Shown: positions 36,129 to 45,404 of the stretch, piece by piece
How positions within the stretch are numbered: position 1 is the first letter of the stretch
How the letters are laid out: each line of letters opens with the position of its first letter
Assembly: GCA_043767805.1 (NCBI GenBank)
Contig: JAYUGC010000157.1
Span: 1 to 53,581, forward strand
Length of the DNA: 53,581 nucleotides
DNA from: Pseudomonadota bacterium
Lineage (GTDB): Bacteria > Bdellovibrionota > FAC87 > UBA2466
Reading direction: 5' to 3'
The notes under the pieces: generated by a model
Databases searched by the model: none
Told to the model about the DNA's origin: nothing
Seen by the model: only the letters and a program-made list of their open reading frames with translations
Translations under genes and position numbers: made by a program

Positions 36129-38537
36129 ATGGCGCTGCCTTCCTTTCCATTGCGTAACTATCCGCGAGCTCTGGGCCAAGCTTTGTTCAGCGGAAATCGC
36201 GCGGCGCTATTTGCGATCGGAACGACGGTTCTGCGCATTGCCCTCGTGCCTTTGGATCGTGCTTTGGCTTTACTTGAACGCTGGTTTCCCGCCGCGGCCG
36301 GGGGCGATCCGCAGATCGTGTTCGTGGTCGGCTTGCCGCGCTCGGGCTCGACCTTCGTCGCCGAGTCGCTCGCTCAATCGCTTCCGGTGACGGCGCTGAG
36401 TAACCTGATGTCGATTTTGCCGCGCTCTCGTTACTGGATGCACCGGCTCTTCTCGCTGATTCCGTCGGGCCAGCGTCCGCTGACCAACTACTACGGCCAC
36501 GGCGCCAGCTGGCTTGCCTCGGGCGATACCTATGCGATTTGGGATCAGTGGCTCGGTCCTGACCATCATCTGCCTCCTCCGTCGCTGAGCGAAGGCGGGC
36601 GCACCGACCTCCGCCATTATTTTTGCTCGCTCCACCGAGCTTACGGAAAACCGCTTCTAGCGAAAAATAATCGCAATGCCCTTTTGGTGGATGAGCTGGC
36701 GCAACTTTTCCCACGCGCGCTCTTCGTCGTGACCGAGCGGGATCGGGAAGCGGTGGTGAAATCCGTCTGGCGCGCTACTGAGCTGGTCGGATTAAAAGAT
36801 AGGCTCTGGGGGCTCTCCGTTGCGGGCGGGGCGCTTCATTCGGAAGATAGAAGAGAAGCCTGTCGGCAACAGGTCGCCGAGTTAGAGACGGCATTCGAGG
36901 CAAAGCTTGCCAGGATTGCTCCTGAGAGAATCGTCCGAATTGCTTACGAGGATTTTCGCCGGTCTTCCGCCTCTTTTGTGGAGGCGCTAGCGGCTCGCCT
37001 ACCCGTCAGTTCGGCCCAAGAAGTCAGTAACTCGGTGCTCGTCGGCGCTTTGGCTCTATTGGGCAGTGCGCTCTTTACCTTGCGGGCGCTTTGCCTCTAC
37101 TCGGCTCAATTCGCGCGCCCCTGGTCGGGCGATCCCGCCAATCATAACTATGCCGCGCTCGTTGGGACGAATTTCACCAAACTCCTAGAGCTGGTCCGCA
37201 CGCAAATGCAACCGGTGCTCGAGTATTGGCTGCGCGCCCGGGTTTGGTTGCCGCTTCTGGGAACCAACGAGCGCGCCTTCCGGCTCCCAAGCGTGATCTA
37301 CGCCGCGAGTTTCGTGCTTCTCTCGATGGGCGTAACCTATTTCCATCTGCGGCGTCGAAAGGTAGGCGAGGCTTTCGCCTTTCTCGCGCTCCTTTGTGTC
37401 GGCGCCTGGCTTAGCGCTTCGCCCTTCGTGGCTCGCCTCGCCACCGAAAGCCGTCACTACCCCTTGGTCGCGTTCTTTTCCGTGCTTTGGTTCGCTTTGG
37501 GTTTTCTCGATCTGACCGAAAAACGCTGGCCGTTTTATCTGGCGGGCCTATGCTTTGCGAACACCCATTTTTTTGCGATCCCCTTAGTGGTTTCCGTTCT
37601 CATCTATCGCACGATTGAGAACTGGCGAGGCAAACGGACGGCTCTGGCCCTTGAGTCGCTACTCGTTGCCATCGCGGTCGTCTCAGCCACCGGTCTCGTG
37701 AATCTCCTTTCGATCGCCCAGCTCTTCTTTCGGTTTAGCCCCCGTGTGGGGATGGAAGGCGTGAGCTTCGAGCAAACCGTGGGAATGGTGTTTCAGCAAG
37801 GGCTCGCGGTGTATGCGTTGCCCGCGTTTTTTGTTTGGCTCATTTTTGCGGCGACTTCCGCGAGGCGAAACCCGCTGCGCCAGCAGTTTCTGACCGTTGC
37901 GCTTTGTCTCGTTCCCCTGGAGATTTGGGCGATTCACCACACCTCGGCTTACGCCTTTAAAGATCGGTACCACACGATCTTCGCGGGTCTCTTTCTTCTC
38001 GTTTTTCTTTATGGCTTTGAAACCGTGCGCCGCTGGACGCGCAGTAGTGTGATTCTTCCCGTGGTTTTACTTCTGCTCTTCCAAGTCCCCCGACAGATCC
38101 GCACGGCTTTCACGGACCTTCCTAACTTGAGAGTCCCCGAGGAAAGAGTGACCGACTCTTGGCTCGCGTATCAGAAAATCGCGGAGCTCGGCCCGGAACC
38201 GGTGCTCTTGCACGAGCATCCCAAAGGCGACTTCCGCCTGCCTCGTTTTTTCCTGACGGCCAACGGAGCCCGCCGCGCGAAGTTCTTCGCCATCGGCACT
38301 CAAGGGCCCTGGACCGAGGCGGAAAAAGTAAGGTTGGAGGGAGTGCTAGAGAACGGGAGCCATTCCGCGATCATTGTCGATCTCGCGAAACGAGATCGAT
38401 GCCCTACCTCTCCAACCTCGCTTTCCGGAATCCTTCGGCTAAAGCCGCTGCATCGGGGAGATCGATGCCTTCAGCTGCTCGAGGGCGCGAAATCCTACGC
38501 GGATGTCGGCGTCGCCCTCGCGAAGATACCTTTTTAA
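36129..38537 (+). CDS. Fusion of a PAPS-dependent sulfotransferase and a multi-TM GT-C-like glycosyltransferase
   Basis: N-terminal FVVGLPRSGST (PAPS 5'-phosphosulfate loop), KN...LFPRALFV..ERD and IAYEDF. C-terminal about 10 TMs with NERAFRLPS and ESRHYPL motifs typical of ArnT/PMT-like GT-C proteins. Confidence 0.7.
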   Translation: MALPSFPLRNYPRALGQALFSGNRAALFAIGTTVLRIALVPLDRALALLERWFPAAAGGDPQIVFVVGLPRSGSTFVAESLAQSLPVTALSNLMSILPRSRYWMHRLFSLIPSGQRPLTNYYGHGASWLASGDTYAIWDQWLGPDHHLPPPSLSEGGRTDLRHYFCSLHRAYGKPLLAKNNRNALLVDELAQLFPRALFVVTERDREAVVKSVWRATELVGLKDRLWGLSVAGGALHSEDRREACRQQVAELETAFEAKLARIAPERIVRIAYEDFRRSSASFVEALAARLPVSSAQEVSNSVLVGALALLGSALFTLRALCLYSAQFARPWSGDPANHNYAALVGTNFTKLLELVRTQMQPVLEYWLRARVWLPLLGTNERAFRLPSVIYAASFVLLSMGVTYFHLRRRKVGEAFAFLALLCVGAWLSASPFVARLATESRHYPLVAFFSVLWFALGFLDLTEKRWPFYLAGLCFANTHFFAIPLVVSVLIYRTIENWRGKRTALALESLLVAIAVVSATGLVNLLSIAQLFFRFSPRVGMEGVSFEQTVGMVFQQGLAVYALPAFFVWLIFAATSARRNPLRQQFLTVALCLVPLEIWAIHHTSAYAFKDRYHTIFAGLFLLVFLYGFETVRRWTRSSVILPVVLLLLFQVPRQIRTAFTDLPNLRVPEERVTDSWLAYQKIAELGPEPVLLHEHPKGDFRLPRFFLTANGARRAKFFAIGTQGPWTEAEKVRLEGVLENGSHSAIIVDLAKRDRCPTSPTSLSGILRLKPLHRGDRCLQLLEGAKSYADVGVALAKIPF

Positions 38538-38989
38538 GGAAGGTCGACGTCGGAGACCGAAGTCGATTGGTAGAGAACTCCGTCGACGTTCACTACCCAC
38601 GCCGGTTGATCCGTCTTGAGACCGCGCCGATCGGAGAGGGTGATGAGGCGGGTGCCCTGAGTCGATTTATAGAGCACTCTGTCGCCCGCTTTGCGATCGA
38701 CTTCCACGTTGTAGATTTCCAGCTGCGTGCTGAGCGTCGTCTTCGTGCAAGCGGCTCGGTAGGTCTCTTGCAAGAACAGCCGGTAGCGCTGCGCGAGGCC
38801 CGGAGACTTCACTAATTTCATTAGGAATCCCTGATCGCAGGCATCGGTTTCGAGGAAAAGCGGAAATACTTTCGCCGCCCCTTTGTAACCACCGCCGCTC
38901 GGAATGAACGTGCGATCGCCCGGGGAGCCGGGCTGGCTCGCGAAAGCCGAACCGGCGGAGACTAAGAGAATGAGGAAAGAAAGTTTCAT
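38534..38989 (-). CDS. Secreted hypothetical protein
   Basis: AGGAG RBS; signal MKLSFLILLVSAGSAFA; two Cys. Confidence 0.75.
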   Translation of the reverse strand: MKLSFLILLVSAGSAFASQPGSPGDRTFIPSGGGYKGAAKVFPLFLETDACDQGFLMKLVKSPGLAQRYRLFLQETYRAACTKTTLSTQLEIYNVEVDRKAGDRVLYKSTQGTRLITLSDRRGLKTDQPAWVVNVDGVLYQSTSVSDVDLP

Positions 38990-39155
38990 GGGTTTTACTC
39001 CTGGTAATGGATCAAACGAACGCCCGAAGGTTTAACACGGGCTGCGCCGCGGGATCAATCCCTGGGGGCTCGGGCTGGTTACAAATTAGTTACCAAATCC
39101 GGCGGGACTGGTAGCAAGCCTTGATCCGGCCCTCGCAAAAGTAATAGATCGCGCC

Positions 39156-39989
39156 ATGCTTGAGACAGTGCCACAGGCCGCGCCCGCCGAGATGTTAAGG
39201 CGTGCGCTCGTGAACCGAGTCTCCCGCAACCCCTCTTATTCGTTGAGAGCTTTCGCCCGCGACCTCGGTGTTAGCCACGCGTATCTGAGCATGGTTTTGA
39301 GCGGTAAACGGCCGGTTCCAGTCAAACGGGCCTTCCATTTCAGCCAGACGGTCGGCCTCGGCCAGGAAGAAACCTTGGCCTTTCTCGCTTCCTGCCGGAA
39401 GGCGCATTTCGACGCCAAACCGGAGTTAGCGAAGCCCGCGTCGCCCAAAGAGCCGCGAGCCGTCACCGGCGACGAGTTCTTTCGCGTTCAGCTAGATCAG
39501 TTCAAGGTGCTCTCCGAGTGGTATCACCTGGCGATTTTGGACCTCACGCTTTTGGACGGGTTTGAGCCCAGCGAGCGTTGGGTTGCTGACCGCCTTGGGC
39601 TGACTCTGGAAGAAGTGCGTGGCGCCGTCGCTCGCTTGAAACGCCTCGGCCTTCTCAGCATCACCAGGGGCCGCTGGATAAAGCGGCACAAGACAATCGC
39701 AGTGCCCACCGCTCAGTCGCATCAAGCGGTCCGCCGCTTTCATCAGCAGATGATCGAAAAAGCCCTCGAAGCCTTGAGCTCCGGGACCCAGGAAGATTTT
39801 GAGCGACGAGACATTACGGGAACGACCATGGCGATCAATCCCGCGCGCCTCGCGGAAGGGAAGAAACGCATCCAGCGCTTTCGCCGCTCTCTTTTGAAAT
39901 ATCTCACTCGAGGCGAGTGCACGGAGCTTTATCAGATGAACGTTCAGATTTTTCCGCTGACCAAGCCATCGAAACGGAGTCCTTCATGA
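39156..39989 (+). CDS. TIGR02147/DUF4423-type HTH protein
   Basis: RNPSYSLRAFARDLGVS HTH; SEWYHLAIL, RRFHQQM, RDITGTT and LYQMNVQIFPL motifs. Confidence 0.9.
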   Translation: MLETVPQAAPAEMLRRALVNRVSRNPSYSLRAFARDLGVSHAYLSMVLSGKRPVPVKRAFHFSQTVGLGQEETLAFLASCRKAHFDAKPELAKPASPKEPRAVTGDEFFRVQLDQFKVLSEWYHLAILDLTLLDGFEPSERWVADRLGLTLEEVRGAVARLKRLGLLSITRGRWIKRHKTIAVPTAQSHQAVRRFHQQMIEKALEALSSGTQEDFERRDITGTTMAINPARLAEGKKRIQRFRRSLLKYLTRGECTELYQMNVQIFPLTKPSKRSPS

Positions 39990-41254
39990 AGACGTCAGTC
40001 TTGTTCTTCCTGCTGCTCGCGGGTTGCACCCGGGCTCCCATCGTGGTCCTAAACGAAGCGCCTCGCGTTCCCGCGCCTCAGCTCATCGGCGGCGGTTCGG
40101 ACGTCGGCAGTGGCGGCGACAACCAGGCGCCCGACCATCTCGCGGCTTGGTTTATCGGCAAGGAGCGCGTGATCAAGGCGTGCGTCGAAACCTCTACGGA
40201 TTTTGGCGTCAGCTCAACGGTCGCTCACGACACGATTCTCACCGCCTTTACGCAATGGAAATATTACATCGAGGGGCACGGAGTGTGGGCCACTGAGCCG
40301 GTGGCGAAGCAACTGAGTACGTCGGTCGATCTCAAGGATGGCTGCGATGGCTCCGCTGACATTTCGTTTTTTCTTGGCGTCGAGAACGAGACCGTGAGAG
40401 CGGCTAAGGGACAGTTCAATAATCCCACGGCTTTCATTCAAAGAACTTCTTTCGATCCCGCCGTGGCTTTGGAAAAAGGTTTTGTGTGGGTGTCTCGCCA
40501 TGGGGGCGTCAAATCCGGTTTTCCCGATTGGAAGCAAGACGGAAGGCTTCTCACTATTTTAGAGCATGAACTGGGACACGTTTATGGCAACGATCACGTG
40601 CCCGGAACGGTCATGGCAGAGAACATCAGCGGACTTTTCGCTACCGAGTGGGCTGGCGAGGCCTTGGCCGAGATCGATCATTGCCGGGAGCTGGCGCCTT
40701 GTATCGACTGCGATTATGGCATCCAGCTAGATCCCAGGAGCGTCGACAACGAGAAGACGTCGTTTCTGAGAAAAATTCTGGGGGCCAAGGCCGAAGGACC
40801 TTTGACACTGAAACTAAGCCGCACGGGTATGTACGGATCGTTCTTGGGACTCGGCATGCAGGAAGAAAGCAATCTCACGACTCATAGCAATTACCTGCTG
40901 GCGAATCGCAATACGCATCCTGCTTTTTCGACCGAGTTGGCGACCTTCAAGCGGTTCATCGAGGGAAGAGTTACCAGTGGCTCGGATGTCTCGAGCATTC
41001 AGTATTCGACGGTGATACAAAACAAGAACGGTGCCTTGGATTCGGTCGGGATGATCATCATCGAGTACAACCTCGCCACTTGCGGTAGCTATTGGTCCGA
41101 GGGCAGGTATCCCGTGGAGGTTTCCTACGTCGAGGACGACGAGCAAAAGCCTCTGGGCTCCTTCGCTGATGTCTGGCGGCGGACTCCCGGTATGGTGCCA
41201 ATCTACCCGATTTTTATCGACCAGCCTTCAGAACTGAAAACCGAAGGAAAGTGA
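39986..41254 (+). CDS. Lipoprotein metzincin-type zinc metalloprotease
   Basis: Lipobox LLAG-C; HELGHVYGNDH (HExxHxxGxxH) followed by Met-turn TVM; ATGA overlap with the regulator gene. Confidence 0.8.
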   Translation: MKTSVLFFLLLAGCTRAPIVVLNEAPRVPAPQLIGGGSDVGSGGDNQAPDHLAAWFIGKERVIKACVETSTDFGVSSTVAHDTILTAFTQWKYYIEGHGVWATEPVAKQLSTSVDLKDGCDGSADISFFLGVENETVRAAKGQFNNPTAFIQRTSFDPAVALEKGFVWVSRHGGVKSGFPDWKQDGRLLTILEHELGHVYGNDHVPGTVMAENISGLFATEWAGEALAEIDHCRELAPCIDCDYGIQLDPRSVDNEKTSFLRKILGAKAEGPLTLKLSRTGMYGSFLGLGMQEESNLTTHSNYLLANRNTHPAFSTELATFKRFIEGRVTSGSDVSSIQYSTVIQNKNGALDSVGMIIIEYNLATCGSYWSEGRYPVEVSYVEDDEQKPLGSFADVWRRTPGMVPIYPIFIDQPSELKTEGK

Positions 41255-41968
41255 CAGGGAAGGGAAGATCGGAAAGCGCGACCGTAGGTCGGCGGAAGCG
41301 AGAGTTCCCTGTTGCGTAAGGTCGTTTTGAAATTGCGACAAAGCTTCCTGATTGCCGGCGGAGCCCCCGACTCCGTCGGGGATGAGAGCGTTCACCGTCA
41401 CGCTCGTCCTCAATGGCCCGATCCAGGACGCCCCCAAGCAAATGTTGGCGAAAAAGAATCGCCCCATGAAAAGGTAGCCTATGGAAACTGTGGGCACTGC
41501 TTGCTTGAAGACCACGTCAGCCGTCACCAAGGCTCCGACTAACATTTCCGACACGGCGGAGTTCTCCAGGCCAGAGGTGATGTGGGCGTTCATTTGCAGC
41601 AGCGAATAGGTGAGCTGGAAGTAGAAGTTATTTTCCGCCGGAAAGAAGCGCACGAACGCGGAGATATAGTTGGCCGTGGGGACCAGGGTGGGTGAGGTCG
41701 CGTAGTTGAGTCCATCAGCGAGCGTGATGGTGGTCGGTTCTCCCGTCATGGTCTTTCCCAGAAAACCATTAGGCGGAAGGTAGGAATAACCGACGCCGAA
41801 CTGCCAGCGCTTCATTGCCTGCACTTGCCCGTGTAAGAAGAGCAGCTCCGGCAAGCCCAAGCCGACATCGAAGGAAAGCGCTCTATCGGGGATGGCGAAG
41901 GCGGATCGGTGCATCAAGAGCATCGATAACGCAGCGAGTGAAAGCCATTTACGGAGAACCAACGCCAT
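41228..41968 (-). CDS. Outer-membrane beta-barrel protein, divergent from the motor operon
   Basis: AGGAG RBS; signal ...HRSAFA; amphipathic strands; C-terminal SLSFGFQF (BAM-type terminal Phe). Confidence 0.75.
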   Translation of the reverse strand: MALVLRKWLSLAALSMLLMHRSAFAIPDRALSFDVGLGLPELLFLHGQVQAMKRWQFGVGYSYLPPNGFLGKTMTGEPTTITLADGLNYATSPTLVPTANYISAFVRFFPAENNFYFQLTYSLLQMNAHITSGLENSAVSEMLVGALVTADVVFKQAVPTVSIGYLFMGRFFFANICLGASWIGPLRTSVTVNALIPDGVGGSAGNQEALSQFQNDLTQQGTLASADLRSRFPIFPSLSLSFGFQF

Positions 41969-42100
41969 CGTTCTCCTATCGGACATTCGGGCCATTCCCC
42001 AATTGTTAAGTCTTCTCCATTTTTGACCGATGGAATGCTGAAGGCCCCCATGGGTCCTTCTTTTGCTGACGAGGCGCATTAAGCACCTCGAGAACCACGG

Positions 42101-43072
42101 ATGGGATTTATGTCAGGCAAGCGACTTCTCATGATGGCGGTAGCCATCTTCGCGCTAGCACAAGGAGTGAGCGCCTTCGCGCGCGCGCCGGAAGAGGCGG
42201 AGTTCTCCGCGGCCGCGGGCATCGGCGAGGACATCGCTCACTGGATCAAAAAGCTCGAGACCACCGACCACAAGATCGATTCTGTCGCGCTATTTTCCGT
42301 GAACGCCAACGAGCCTTTCGACGGCACTTTCAGCACCATCATTGAGACTGAGATCATGAAGTATCTCGCCAGACAGGGCATCCATAAGGTGTCGGCCTGC
42401 GCGGAATGCAAAACGGCGCAAGTTCAGATCAAGGGAAACGAAGTCGTCGTCACCAAAGGCGCGGCCGATATCGAGGCGGTCAAGAAAGCCGGAAAGAAGC
42501 TTCCCGTCGACACCTTACTAGTCGCCGAGATTTATAGAACGAAGCTGAATCTGCTCGCGCAAGCGACCCTTTATTCGAATACGGACGGAAGCCTCGTGGG
42601 CGCCGAGCGTTTCCAGGTTCCCGCTTTGAATTTTTCCGATAGCTCGGTTCAGTTACTCATTACCTTTGGATCCGGCATTCCCATGTTCAAGGGTGGCGCG
42701 GCTTCGGGCGCGGCGACCCTCACGACTTCCGTCAACATTCAGCTCGCCGAAGAGCTGGGCTTTGCCAAAGGTGGCCTCAATCTAGGCATGGTCTCGGCCA
42801 CCGGAAACACCTTGATCCATTTAGATCCGACTCTCTCCTTTCGCGGAAGATTCGGAAACTCGTCGTTAGGCTGGTCCCTCAACGTCGGACTTGGCTATGG
42901 CATGCTCGCGAGCCTCAAGGGGCCCACGGCGAGACTCAGTTACGAGCTCTTCCTGGGATCTTGGGCCGTGGCTGGATTTGACGGAGTTTACTTCTTCTCG
43001 CCAAGTACCGCGACAGCGGGATCGCTTAGCGGTTACGGCGGGCTACACGTGGGGCTGGCACTGGGACGATGA
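42101..43072 (+). CDS. Exported protein: CsgG/FlgO/TolB-N-like alpha/beta domain plus C-terminal beta-barrel-like domain
   Basis: Signal peptide. The pattern SVALF...IETEIMKYL...AVKKAGKKLPVDTLLVAEI...LLAQATLY..TDGSLV resembles the CsgG/FlgO fold, followed by Gly/aromatic alternating strands. Confidence 0.55.
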   Translation: MGFMSGKRLLMMAVAIFALAQGVSAFARAPEEAEFSAAAGIGEDIAHWIKKLETTDHKIDSVALFSVNANEPFDGTFSTIIETEIMKYLARQGIHKVSACAECKTAQVQIKGNEVVVTKGAADIEAVKKAGKKLPVDTLLVAEIYRTKLNLLAQATLYSNTDGSLVGAERFQVPALNFSDSSVQLLITFGSGIPMFKGGAASGAATLTTSVNIQLAEELGFAKGGLNLGMVSATGNTLIHLDPTLSFRGRFGNSSLGWSLNVGLGYGMLASLKGPTARLSYELFLGSWAVAGFDGVYFFSPSTATAGSLSGYGGLHVGLALGR

Positions 43073-43716
43073 AGCACGTACTCACACATTCTCCTCTCAT
43101 CTTGATTTTACTGATGAGTTGCGTCGGCCTTTTGGCCGTGGATGTGCCACTCGTGCCTCCGCCGGACTCGGATGCCGCCCCTGGTTTTTATTCAGTGACC
43201 GAAGAGGAAAATCAGCTCGAGCTGAAAACTCCTTACGGCACGATTCACATTCCCACGGGCTTTGGGGCGAACATGCCTTATCGCCTTTCCATTCCGGTGG
43301 AGCAGCTGAAAAAAGGCGGCACCGTCGTGGAGGACGCCGCCAAGGCGCCCGAGAAAGCGGAAGAGCCTGGAAAAACGGGCCCTGGTGCTGCGCCCACGCT
43401 CTTTCCTGCTCCGAGCCCCGCTTTAGGCATGAATCCTGGCTCTCCGCCGGGCCCGACGACGGTGGTCGTGGATGATGCGGATTCTTTGGTCGTCGATGCG
43501 AACCGGCTCTTTAACCGCCGGCGTTTTTACGAAGCGCTCACGGTGGTGGATCAGTTACTGCGTAAGCGTCCCGCCTATACGAGAGGCTGGCTGATGAAGG
43601 GAAGCTTACTCCTGGTTCAAGGCCACAAGGAACTGGCGATCAAGGCCTGGTCGAAAGCCAAGGAAATCGAGCCAGAGAACCAGGAAGTTTTGAGCGTTTT
43701 AGAAAAGTATAAATGA
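43069..43716 (+). CDS. Exported (possibly lipo-) protein with Pro-rich linker and C-terminal TPR
   Basis: Hydrophobic N-terminus with LMS-C; TPR ANRLFNRRRFYEAL...GWLMKGSLL...AIKAWSKAKEIEPEN. Confidence 0.7.
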   Translation: MKHVLTHSPLILILLMSCVGLLAVDVPLVPPPDSDAAPGFYSVTEEENQLELKTPYGTIHIPTGFGANMPYRLSIPVEQLKKGGTVVEDAAKAPEKAEEPGKTGPGAAPTLFPAPSPALGMNPGSPPGPTTVVVDDADSLVVDANRLFNRRRFYEALTVVDQLLRKRPAYTRGWLMKGSLLLVQGHKELAIKAWSKAKEIEPENQEVLSVLEKYK

Positions 43717-45404
43717 AGGCGCTTCTTTTCATTTTAACGCTTGGCTCACTCGCGCTCGGGGCGGAGTCTCCTTATTTGGTGGAAGCGCGCGTACGTACCG
43801 ATCTGGAAGCGTTGCTCTCTCGCATGATCCCTGCCGAGCAGTATCTCCTACAGGTAAATGCCGAAGTGCGCGTCGATCAAGAGCGTAAGATGGTCGAAGG
43901 CGAAGAGAGCCAAGACGTCGAGGCGAAGCTTGCCGCGGCGCCCGATCCGATGCCAGGTTTCGTGCCGGAGACGCCCGAGGCACCTCCCGCGCCGGGTAAG
44001 CATCAGCGCAATGTGTACCGCTCGGTCGAAACGCCGGTGCTCGCTTCCATAAGAGTCAACGTGGGCCTCGATCAGCAGCTCGCTCCCAAAGTGGCGACGC
44101 AGGCCAAGAACCTGATCCAAACTTATCTTTTCTCGAACTATCCGAACTTGGTGCGGTTGGGCTTCATGGAAGTCGCCATGCTCAAGCCGAAAAAGGATAA
44201 GGCCATCACGCCGACCACTCCCGCGCCGCTCGAAGAGGAAGGGGAAGAAGAGTCGCTTACGGACATGGCGACGAAGTACTTCCCCTGGATTGTGCTCGCC
44301 GTCGTTGGTCTTTTCCTGCTTTTACGCCGTCGTTCGGAGCCGAAAGCCGCAAAAGCTCCCGCGCCGGCCCGGCCGCGCTGGAGTACCCAAGGCCCGCGCC
44401 CGGTTGCTCCGAATTATAGGCAGCCCGCGCCTTATCAACCGCCTCCGCAAGCGATTCCCTCTCCCGCAGCCCATTCTCCTTTCGCCTCCAGCGCTTCGGC
44501 TAGCCACTCCGCCCGCACCCGGTTTCTCGATAAAGTCATCTCTCACGGCAACGCGTTTCGCTCGTACTACGAAATGCTGACTCCCGAGCTTCGCTCCGAG
44601 ATAGAGGCAATTTTGGGCGGTCCCGCTTTTGAAAGTGTCATGGAATCGGTAAGCACCGAGCGTCCGCAGCCGGGCGGCTCAAGTGGCGACGTCGAAGAGA
44701 TGGCGCTCGCCTACGAAGCTCAGTTCAATGAGTTCGTTCAGGCGAAGCTTTCTCAAGACAAACAGTTTTTTGGTTTCTTGAATCAGCTGACCCGCGAGCA
44801 AGTGGCTTCCTTGATGACCTTCGAGAACGACATCACCGTGTGCTTGATGCTTCGGTTCATGAAGCCCGTGCAATGCGCGGCCGTGCTGGACAGCCTCACG
44901 CCCCAGCGGCGCCAAGCCATTCTGTCTCGCTTGGACGAGGCGCAGCGAATTCCGCTCTCAGAGATTTCAGCCATCGAAAAAGAAGTGCGCGAGGCCGTGC
45001 GGCGATTGCCCTCTTACGCCATCGGGCCTGGTCCCTCGCAGGTCGATTTCTGGGCCAATGTGCTCAGTGAGTCGAGCCATCAAGCAGAGATCTTGCAGGA
45101 TCTTGAGAAGACCAATCCCGGTATTTCTCCGTCGCTGCAAAAGTTCAAGTTCTCCCTCGAGGATGCGGCTACTTTGCCCGACGATTTCCTGAAGCGCGTC
45201 ACGTCTGAAATCGACAACGAAGAGCTGGCACTCGCGCTCACGACCTGCTCCAAAGACGTGGCGGAAGTGGTCTTGAGCTCTCTGCCCGATCGCCGCAGCA
45301 ATTTACTCAAGGCCCAGATGAACTCCGCTCGTTCCGCTCCGCGGGATAAAGCGTCCCGGGCGAGAAACACGTTCACGAAGAAAATTCGGGAGGCGATGGC
45401 CTAA
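43713..45404 (+). CDS. Natural FliF(RBM3/S-ring)-FliG fusion protein
   Basis: Signal peptide; FliF-C-like region (LEALLSRMI...QVNAEV...MPG...IRVNVGLD); one TM; FliG-M-like FGFLNQL..EQVASLM.FENDITVCLML; FliG-C aligns gaplessly by eye to E. coli EVDSESLLIALKG...NMSQRAADIL. Confidence 0.8.
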   Translation: MKALLFILTLGSLALGAESPYLVEARVRTDLEALLSRMIPAEQYLLQVNAEVRVDQERKMVEGEESQDVEAKLAAAPDPMPGFVPETPEAPPAPGKHQRNVYRSVETPVLASIRVNVGLDQQLAPKVATQAKNLIQTYLFSNYPNLVRLGFMEVAMLKPKKDKAITPTTPAPLEEEGEEESLTDMATKYFPWIVLAVVGLFLLLRRRSEPKAAKAPAPARPRWSTQGPRPVAPNYRQPAPYQPPPQAIPSPAAHSPFASSASASHSARTRFLDKVISHGNAFRSYYEMLTPELRSEIEAILGGPAFESVMESVSTERPQPGGSSGDVEEMALAYEAQFNEFVQAKLSQDKQFFGFLNQLTREQVASLMTFENDITVCLMLRFMKPVQCAAVLDSLTPQRRQAILSRLDEAQRIPLSEISAIEKEVREAVRRLPSYAIGPGPSQVDFWANVLSESSHQAEILQDLEKTNPGISPSLQKFKFSLEDAATLPDDFLKRVTSEIDNEELALALTTCSKDVAEVVLSSLPDRRSNLLKAQMNSARSAPRDKASRARNTFTKKIREAMA

